20,000 nt of DNA, taken from positions 47,558 to 67,557 of the forward strand of contig JAPEUG010000049.1 of NCBI GenBank assembly GCA_026025795.1, given 5' to 3'. This DNA is from Thelocarpon superellum (lineage: Eukaryota). Numbering within the stretch: position 1 is the first letter of the stretch; every line of letters begins with the position of its first letter. This document shows positions 11,966-20,000 of the stretch, in pieces. The position numbers and the translations under genes were made by a program. A model generated the notes under the pieces. That model saw nothing but the letters and a program-made list of their open reading frames with translations. It was not told where the DNA came from and did not search any database.

Positions 11966-13143
11966 TCAGCCCAAGGCAATCAACCCCCTCAGCAGGGCAA
12001 CACCGGCCAGGACGGGATCCACGACACGAATCCGTTGTGCCCCTTCCAGCCCCAGCACGGCCACACACCCCTCTCGCACCGCTTCTTGCATCCCGCTCAT
12101 GCCTGCACAGCCAAGATTGATGACCGTGAGGGTGTCGTCAACATTGTCCCCTGTAGAGATGGTATCGGGGTCGGTGTCGGCGAAGGCTCCATCAGTGCTG
12201 CTGGCCTTGGTAGGTGTCCTCGTGAGGAGTCGAACCGTAGCATCCCTCAACCTCCGTCGCACCTCAGCAGATGGTAAACTGTGCAACTCCGCTGCCGAGA
12301 GGCCCGTGGTCGACACACCCGCGAAGACGGCGCTCGGTCCCGTTCTTACAGTAGCCGCAGCAGGGTCAATGGTGGTGCTGGTGCTCGTGGGGGTAGCAGT
12401 GGACGCGGACGTGGACGTGGACGTGGACACGGTGGCGCTTAGCTCCGTCCCAAGCATCCCCCCCACGCCCTTCGTCAGCAACGCCTCCCACACCCTCCCC
12501 GTCGAGACGATTCCGAATCTCTCGCCGGGAAGGAGGCAGTGCAGACTCGTGGTCACGCTCGCTTCGAAGATGCCCATCACGACAGGGACGGGACTCGTCA
12601 CCTTCACCTCTTCTCCTTCCCCCTCCCCTTCTCCCTTCCTCTTTTCCTCGATGGATCGATCCTTGTACTCTCTCAGGTAGCGCCGTAGCGACACAACAAG
12701 CGGGTGGACGGAATAACACGCGATCAAGACGCCCTGGTGAAAACGGAGCAGCGGGAGTAAGAGCGGGTAGCACACTGCTGCGCTCCGTGCTGCGTCGGTG
12801 TCGTCGTCGATGCTGACGGGTGATGCGGGCGGTGCCGTGAAATAGGTGTAGGCTGTCTAGTAATTTGAAGGGAGATGATTAATTCCAGTTGGTACGGGCT
12901 GCACTGACTACACGTGTGTGCCCAATTGCGACAGTATACCATGAGACTGGTTCGTACGAATAAAGGGTAGGAGATGGCGCAAGCACGGGAAGAAAGAACA
13001 GAGAAAGAACGAGAGAGAAGGAAACTCACGTCTGAATATCCAAGACCGGATATCAACGGTTTCAATGCTTCTGTCATTGACTGAGACGAGTTGGGATTCA
13101 CAATGAGAATGTTATACCTGGGGGGATCTTTTGAAGGTGTCAT
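11966..13143 (-). CDS. DCG1-like Asp/Glu/hydantoin racemase family protein; exons 13143..13030, 12856..11966
   Basis: Intron 13029..12857 (GTGAGT...TAG) joins ILIVNPNSSQSMT to YFTAP...VLIACYSVHPLV...GIFEASV...FGIVSTGRVWE...LGCAGMSGM...VVDPV. Both racemase Cys motifs (ACY, GCAGM) are present. Confidence 0.88.
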
Positions 13144-13491
13144 GTTTCTGACCGAGAGGGTCGATGTGTTGCGTCTAGATCCTCCTACTCGTTACCAAAT
13201 GTATACCCTTTCAAATGTGGTGGGTAGCTCTTCGGTTACAGATATTTCCTGACTTTTGGCCTGGCGCCCTACCAATTGGCACAAACGCGAAAAATAAATA
13301 GGCAAGGTAAAGAGCTGTTCGAAATATCCATTCTCAGCTAAGAACAGGGCACAAAAGAAAATCCCATACGTTGGATCAGCGTGTGCCATCATCATGCCCA
13401 GCGACCAACATCTCCTCCTATCGGTCCCTCGGTTCATGAGCTAAGGACAGAATGAGACACGGCCAGCACTCGGGCCTCTGATTGTCTCTCT

Positions 13492-14028
13492 TCACATCAA
13501 CACCTTTGGCGCCAGTGGAACAAGCAGTGCCACGGCCACGGCCACGGCCTCGAGCTGAGCTGCGATGATACGCGAGACAGCGGTTTTGTTGGTAGTGGCT
13601 GGCGTGGTTGTGCCTCCACTGGCGAAGGCAATACTCCATATGCTCGGGGCCGACGGAGCGGCGACTGAAGTCATGATAGGCGTCATCGAAGGTGAGATGG
13701 CGGAAGATGACGTCATGGACGTCATGGATGACGTGGTGGACGACGTGGACGACTTGATAGAGGACAACGTTGTGGTCGGGGTCGTGAATATGGTGCTGAA
13801 AAGTGTGGGAAACACGGTGGGAATCGTAAGGAAGGTAATGGGGATTGATAAGGATAGAGTTGGGAAGGCGTGGAAAGGATCTGTGGGAGGAGAAACGTAG
13901 GTAGAGTCTGTGACGGTGGTCTCTATTAGTTGGATGTGATGCTGTAGCCTCCTTCACCAGCGCATTCTTCTCCGTTGGGGCAGCACCCGAATCAACGCAA
14001 TAGGATCCACGCGGACATCCTCCTGGCC
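13492..14028 (-). pseudogene. Probable frameshifted remnant of a Cys-rich, Ser/Thr-rich GPI-type cell-wall protein
   Basis: Three consecutive reading frames give GGCPRGSYCVD / GCCPNGEECAGEGGYSITS / TTVTDST...TTPTTTLSSIKSSTSSTTSSMTSMTSSS...AVAVAVALLVPLAPKVLM*. Frame breaks lie near 13989 and 13921-13928. A candidate splice acceptor (CTGAT...CAG) sits at 14043..14029. No start or signal peptide was identified. Confidence 0.55.
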
Positions 14029-15480
14029 CTGCTCCATGATCAGAATGGCCGCGAAAGGTGTCATGGACGGAATCAAGAAGTGCGAAGGCCTTGGAAGAGC
14101 GCTGGACAGGATAAGAACAGTCAGAGGGGGTTGAGAGGCCGAATGAAGTGCGAGGTGCCTTGGAGTTCAGGGAGAGTTCATAGCTGGAGGTCGCTGTATC
14201 TCATCACCCGTGCAGCCAGAGAGGGTTAAGGGTCAAGGGTCGTCCGTATGGAGGACCAGGACTTCTGAAGACATCGGGCACCACAGTGGGCGATCGACTT
14301 TTCCATAACGTAGGTGCCAAGGAAATATGCAAGAGCAGCTCCCATCAAGACGGCTGCATTGGCTCGCCTTCCCTGCGGTGTCTGGCCCGAGAGCGAAAGA
14401 AGCAAGAGACCTGCCTCGATTACCTGCCTATCGGCAAGGTGGGTAGGTGGAGACGGCAGGGAAAAGCAAAGAATGCAGGGCCTACACGCTGGAAGGGATG
14501 TCTGATGCTTGCAGGAAAATATCTGTACGACCACATCACTGCTCTAGCTGGGAAACAGACGAGGCTGTACATTCAGCCGGCACTGGTCGACGTGCCCCGG
14601 TTGCGAGCAGGAGCAGGATGTCCAAATAGCTCCATGTGCCAAGAGACGCCTCTGGCAACCAAGGACGATCGCTCCTTGTTTCGTCAATCCACATGGCGCT
14701 CCAAGTTTGCGTGCAACATGGGAGCAAGAACAATGGTGGGGCTGTGCGCGCCTGGTCCGGTCGATGGGGCCAAGTCTCGTTGTGTCGCGCGTGTCTGGAG
14801 CCTGGAGTGGGAGGTACATGGTGCACACTGTATTCTAGTCGATACGCCACCTGCGGATCGACCATGCGGCCCATGGTTTGCGTCCTCGCTGCCGTCTTGG
14901 CACTCTCTCAACCGTTGGGGAAGGAGCGTTCCCTTGATGAGTGGCTGCAGAGAGCGAGAAGTTGTTATTAGCATGTTTCACAGAAGGCCTGCATCCTGGA
15001 GAAATACGATTGGTTTTCCGCCTTACTTTCACCCGTTGAAGGTTCAGGTAGGGTTCCCTCTTGGATTCAGCTAATTGGACCAATCACAATGGAGGGTGAA
15101 GATGGTGAATTGAGCTATCTGTTAGACGACCCTTTTTATAGTAGTTAGTAGTTAATTAGGTAAGAGAACACGTGATCGCCCATATCCTCCACAGCGTCTA
15201 CGACCGCTGCCAGTCAGCGGGCCAGCCACTGTGGCGTTCAGCTGCACTGCAGCTTGCCTCATGGTGCCACTGGGTGGCATACCCCGCTGATGCATGATAG
15301 GCACGGATACAATGGACAGAGGGCATTGTTTGCAGAAGAGCACCAACGTACGAGACGCGAGACCAAGCCCTGCAGACAGTCATGTTTGTGAGGCGGCCAG
15401 CAAAAATCTATGCCAGAGTTTTGGTATGTGAACGTAACAGAGTGCCAGCAGCTCCCGGCTGGCACAGACTTCTGCTGCCC

Positions 15481-15525
15481 GCCTCGCGCCTCGCGCCTCG
15501 CGCCTCGCTCCTCGCTCCACCTCGC
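15481..15525 (+). repeat. Tandem 7-mer (GCCTCGC)4 plus degenerate copies
   Basis: gcctcgc x4, then tcctcgc and tccacctcgc, read directly. Confidence 0.8.
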
Positions 15526-16154
15526 CTAGTCATGAGCTCTGCTCGTGACCAGTCTCTCTTCTCTTCTCCAAGAATCAATGTTGCTAGTACAAGCGACCTC
15601 AGTTAATGAGCAATCCCATCAAGCATGTCATATGTCTAATCTCTAATCTCTACTTATACATCAGAAGGGTGAATACTTTCGCTACATGCTATGATCAAGT
15701 TTGACAAGCTTTGTGGGGACAGCACCATATCCCGCTCTAATTCGTCGTTCCACCAACACACCACAACCGCATTGCGTCCTATCTATTCACGCCTTGGAGC
15801 CCACACTCTTGGGCGACATGCTGGTCCTCGCTAGCGATGGCTTCGGCACGGATCAGGACCTCACGGGGGACATCGACGTCAGTCCGCTTGCCCCGCTACG
15901 ATACCAGTTCGCTAGCTCCGGCTTGTCGTATCTTTGCTGAAAGCGATTGGGAGCGTTGGGGCATGTTGCGCTGCGCTGTGCTGCGATTACCCTTCGTTGG
16001 TAGTGCACCGCGGCTGGGCTGGATATATCGGCGCTTGCATTGCATCCGAGCTTGTGACGGCGTTTTGGCGGCGGTGGGATACCAAGGCCCGCACACTGTC
16101 CACTGGTTTTAGGGGGACGATCGAAAAAAGCGTCTTAGATGTCAGATAGTTATA

Positions 16155-16196
16155 AGATATCAGATATCAGATATGGATGGATGAATGTATGAATGG
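16155..16196 (+). repeat. Short tandem repeats (AGATATC)~3 and (ATGN)6 downstream of INO1
   Basis: agatatcagatatcagatat overlapping atggatggatgaatgtatgaatgg. Confidence 0.65.
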
Positions 16197-16414
16197 ACGG
16201 AGCAAGATGCTTGTTCTCAAATGAACTGCCTTGGTAGTCGTACTAGCACTAGCACTGGCTACCTCACGTCGCACGAGTTGAATCGCCGACGGCGCGACAC
16301 CACCCTCCTTCATCAGGGGCAGACCGGGTTAAAACTGGCCTCATCCCCTTGCCACCTGCCCTCCTACACCTGTGCCTGCACCGCTTCATCTCACTCCGAA
16401 GCTTACTCCGAAGC

Positions 16415-18239
16415 TCACGGGAACAGCTTGTGCTCGAGCGTCATGTCGGATTCCGGCTGCAGTCCGACGCAGGCGCGGAAGATGTTCGTCAGTGCGTTCC
16501 GCTGCTTGGCCAGGGCGTTGACGACCGGCGTGCCCGGCGGAGTCAGGGGGGCCTGGGGAGGAGCGTCAGAAGGGAAGGAGAGAGAGGGGTTGACGGAGGA
16601 AAAGCGAAGGAGGGTCGATTGCCCACCTTCAGCATGTAGCTGAGGATGCTAAGGACGCTGTGGAACCCCTTGTAGCCCTTGGAAGGCACGCCGTCCGTCG
16701 CGCTGACTTTCCACGAGATACGCGTCATCATCTCCGCGATGAGCACCAGGTCGATGATCAGTGGCGAGGCCAGGAGAGAGTCCTCGCACACGTTGAAGAG
16801 CCTAACGACCGTCAGCGGTGCGGGCCAGGCCCCGGCGAGCTCAAGACGTACGAGATGGTCTGGTGCCCGCCCATGAAGATCTCGGCGTAGTACTCGTCCA
16901 GCGCCCGCTTGTTGTCGCCCACCGCCGGCATGTACTTGATGACGACGGTGTGGTCCGGGTGTTCGCCCTTCTGGTACAGGACCGAGTTGGCCTCGACCAT
17001 GTCGTCGACCACGTTGGACTTGGAGATCTCCTTGGACCGGAATTGCCGGTGCGAGCTCAGGTTCTTGCCGTCGTTGTTGCCCAGATGGTTGTAGCTGGCG
17101 ATCGACGTGAGCTTGATGCCGGCGTTGATGAGAAAGTCCACCAGGGCCGACTTCATCTTCGTCTGGCCCGACTTGAAGTCATCGCCGCCGATAAAGGCGC
17201 CGTGTTGCTCCGCCAGCTGGATCGCCCCAGGCACAAAGGTGTTCTGCGGAGACCCGTTGATGTACGGAGCGCCTTCAAGGATGCACGCCACCGCGAAGAC
17301 GGTCGACGGCGCAATCTCGGCGTGGCCTTCGCGGATCGCCTTCAAGAGGTGGTCGGCGGTGTCGTTGACGCCGTCAATGAGATCCGCGTAACGCTCGGTG
17401 TTGGCCGTCCATTGCACAATGACCTTGTCGAGACCGTGCTGCGCCTGGAAGTTGCTGTGACCAATCATGAGCATCTCAGCCGTCTGCAGCCGGAAGAGGG
17501 GGGGACCCGCCCCCACCTACCGAATGTCCTCGCGAATCTGCTCGACGTGCTGCCACGACGCCGACTGACCCTCCAGCACATTGTCCGCACGATCCTCCTG
17601 GTTGGCGGCGATGAAGTCGGGATAGTACGGACTGGGAAGGGGTTTCATCTGTGCCATCTCCGCCCACACCAGCTTCTTCAGCGTCGGCTCCAAGACCATG
17701 GCGCGGTCCATGGCCTCGGCGAGGTTCATGCTGCTGATGTCCCACCCCCCAATGACCAGGTCATTCGGGTGGACCATGGGCAGGACGTCATGGAAGGGGA
17801 TGTTGATCTCCTGCTCCGTCTCCACGTCCGTGCCGAGCTTCATCGTCGAGCCCATGACCACGGAGCCGTAGTAGTTGGCCGCGCGCGGCCCCTCGCGCGT
17901 GTCCCAGGTCAGCTTCTGCCGGTTGGCAATGATGCCGGCCGTGACCGTCGTGCCGTTGTTTCCCCCCAGACCCACCAGCATCATCCCGACCTTGCCCACC
18001 CTACGGTCTACTTTGAAGTCGAACACGCTCTCCTTCGGGGTGGCTACATATTTGCCGTCGGCACCGAGACGCACCGAGGTCGTGCGATAGGTGTATTTGC
18101 TCTGGATCTCCTCCGCCGTATAGACCACATTCGGCGAATCTACGGTGAAGAGCGACGGCGTGCCGGTCGAAGGCGAGGTCGAGGTCGGAGGTTTGTGATC
18201 ATTCGCGGAGGAGTGGTCCGTTTGCGCGTGCGGAGCCAT
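16415..18239 (-). CDS. INO1: myo-Inositol-1-phosphate (inositol-3-phosphate) synthase; exons 18239..17521, 17454..16852, 16801..16627, 16552..16415
   Basis: Three GT-AG introns (17520..17455, 16851..16802, 16626..16553) give a continuous protein. MIPS motifs include [68 protein letters not shown] and a C-terminal LEHKLFP. Confidence 0.97.
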
Positions 18240-18266
18240 AGTGTCGGTATCGGTGACGTGAATCCC

Positions 18267-18495
18267 TTATCGCGTGAACGGTGCGTCAGATGCCCCTCCT
18301 CGAGCGGAAGACCGGCGGCCTCCAGCGAAGGGATGGTGGACGCTGTACAAGAAGGGGCAGCGTCAGTAGATGGCATCGACAGGTGCAAGACTGCAGGTTT
18401 CCAGCCGGCTGTCGACAGAAGAAGTGAGGGGCAGCTATAGTGGGGCAGCTAGTGTGGGGCATCAGGTCTTACGAGTTGAGAAGATTGGAAAACGT
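18267..18495 (-). CDS. Spliced, non-AUG (ACG) upstream ORF in the INO1 leader, 32 aa: MFSNLLNSVHHPFAGGRRSSARGGASDAPFTR; exons 18495..18473, 18342..18267
   Basis: The ACG has A at -3 (TTCAAG-ACG). The frame is continuous across the leader intron (TC|C) and ends at TAA 18269..18267, 27 nt before the INO1 ATG. Translation is inferred, not shown. Confidence 0.62.
18343..18472 (-). other. 130-nt spliceosomal intron in the INO1 5' leader
   Basis: Donor GTAAGA at 18472, branch TACTGAC at 18368..18362, pyrimidine tract and TACAG acceptor ending at 18343. Confidence 0.8.
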
Positions 18496-20000
18496 CTTGA
18501 AGGCTTGGGTGACCGTGGCACGACCCACGATCTGGCTATGGTATGTAGGTGGAGTAAGAATGAATTCGTGGTGTGACGATCAAGGGTCGACTGATGGCTA
18601 GAACGACTTCCGATTCGATTCAAATCAATGTCGAGTGATACCAAAGGCGGAGGGTTTAGTGGGATCCCTGGGCAGGATCTTGGTGGGGGCTCGCCGCCTA
18701 GACCCAACTCATCCCCCTAGAAACGGACTAGGCGCGTGGCTGACACGAGCCATTTCTTAGCCTTGGGACTGCGTTTAGTCTCAAGTCCCATGCCGGAGCG
18801 CCTCTAGCGACCAGGCCCATATCGTGATCGGCCGTGGACGAACCATGAAAGTGTTCTGTTGTGAAGCTGCTCCATAGACAATCCATTTTGATATCTACAT
18901 CTAGCTGTTCGTCTGCATCAAAATACCTCAACCTGTTATCTTTTACGCCACCTGACCGATTTGTTCATGCTCACTGTCACACGACGGAGTGGGGCCTCTA
19001 CAGATCTCCCCACATCTGCCGCCTGACATGCTCTCAGAAGACTCCGGCCTGCTTCGAGATTTCGAGGAAGAACTGATATTCGCCCTGGGGCCCCCCACAA
19101 TGTGCTATCATGTGGCTGGTACTGGTTCTGCATGGCTGGGCGGAGCACATTGGCATTCAACTGGTAGCGGTAATAGTAGAGGGGCCATCCTGCCTCTCGC
19201 AGGAGGCCATAAGTGTCGGCTTCGGCACGTAGAATGGAGCTGATGAGCAGCGGTCTATGAGCTCTCAAAGGCTTCCATGCGGCGCAATACATAGCCGGGC
19301 GGAGTGGCGTCAAGTGCGAGCGGGTCCGTCCAGAAGCGCACACGCCGCCGTATCGATCATCGCAGCCACAGCGGAGCGCGTCCTCGGCGGCCGAAACGCG
19401 TTGAGGGCTTCCCCGGGTAGTTTCGGTAAGGCAGCACGCGAGCACCAGCATCTGCACCAGCCCCTCCCGGCATTATTATGCAAGGTGCCGGCAGGGGTGC
19501 CATGTCATCCCGTTCGCGGCCTCGACGGAGCACGCATACTCGCAGGAGATTGGAGACACTTCCGCGTATTGGCACTAGCAACCACACGGTCGCATTGCTC
19601 CCTTCGACTTATCCGCTGTAGCCGTTTGCGCCTCCCCTCAAGGTCAAATATTTCCATTTTGATGAAGTTCAATGGCCAGGGAACAATTGCGACTCTTCAG
19701 ACGAGCAGCATTACGACTCAGATCATCAGCTCTTCCATCCTTCCTTTGTCCTGTCAAGTCACTCCGATTGGAGCGCTCCGCACCACGTCCGGCAGGAGTC
19801 TCAATCAGTTCACTGTTCTCAGGTAGATTTAGATGTGGTAACGGCAAGCCGCACCGTCGGTGACGCGATCCACTCGTCTGAGCACGACCGTGCCTTGTCC
19901 CGATCGCAACTTTCCAGACCGCCCGCTCCAACATGTCAAGTTCGTCTCGTGCAGATTCTGACACAAACGCAAGTACTCCTTGTTAGCTAGGTGCAGGTAC

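Noticed and set aside
14286..15074. 262-aa ORF on the + strand
   Set aside because: It has a non-ATG start, Cys/Trp/Arg-rich random-looking composition and no domain I recognise.
15701..15940. LVLASDG resembling a PP2C phosphatase motif
   Set aside because: It is a single short match in a 79-aa ORF with no other PP2C motifs.
16818..18440. 540-aa ORF on the + strand antisense to INO1
   Set aside because: It mirrors the INO1 codons. Strong GC3 bias suppresses antisense stops, and the translation has no recognisable motif.
19109..19118. CATGTG core as a possible UAS-INO/ICRE element upstream of INO1
   Set aside because: Only the 6-mer matches (CATGTGGCTG versus yeast CATGTGAAAT), which is expected by chance.
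18936..19964. Several 100-190 aa ORFs upstream of INO1
   Set aside because: They overlap on both strands and show no homology cues or consistent splice structure.

Overview
Gene-dense, GC-rich eukaryotic DNA from a filamentous ascomycete (inferred from short GT-AG introns with CTRAY branch sites and from the protein sequences). In order it contains: the 3' part of SGF29, ARF6, dynactin p25 (DCTN5), an F-box-like protein, an MFS sugar-porter transporter, the Mediator kinase SSN3/CDK8, an Old Yellow Enzyme flavin oxidoreductase, a DCG1-like Asp/Glu/hydantoin racemase, a probable frameshifted pseudogene of a Cys-rich/Ser-Thr-rich GPI-type wall protein, about 2 kb with no recognisable gene, and myo-inositol-1-phosphate synthase (INO1). 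The most interesting signal is in the INO1 5' leader. Removing a canonical 130-nt intron leaves an AUG-free leader with an ACG-initiated 32-codon uORF that is invisible in the ORF track, ends 27 nt before the INO1 AUG and is in frame with it. It is a candidate inositol-sensing regulatory peptide. A potential RNA stem could also bury the 3' splice site of that intron. All exon models were built by hand and have no transcript support.
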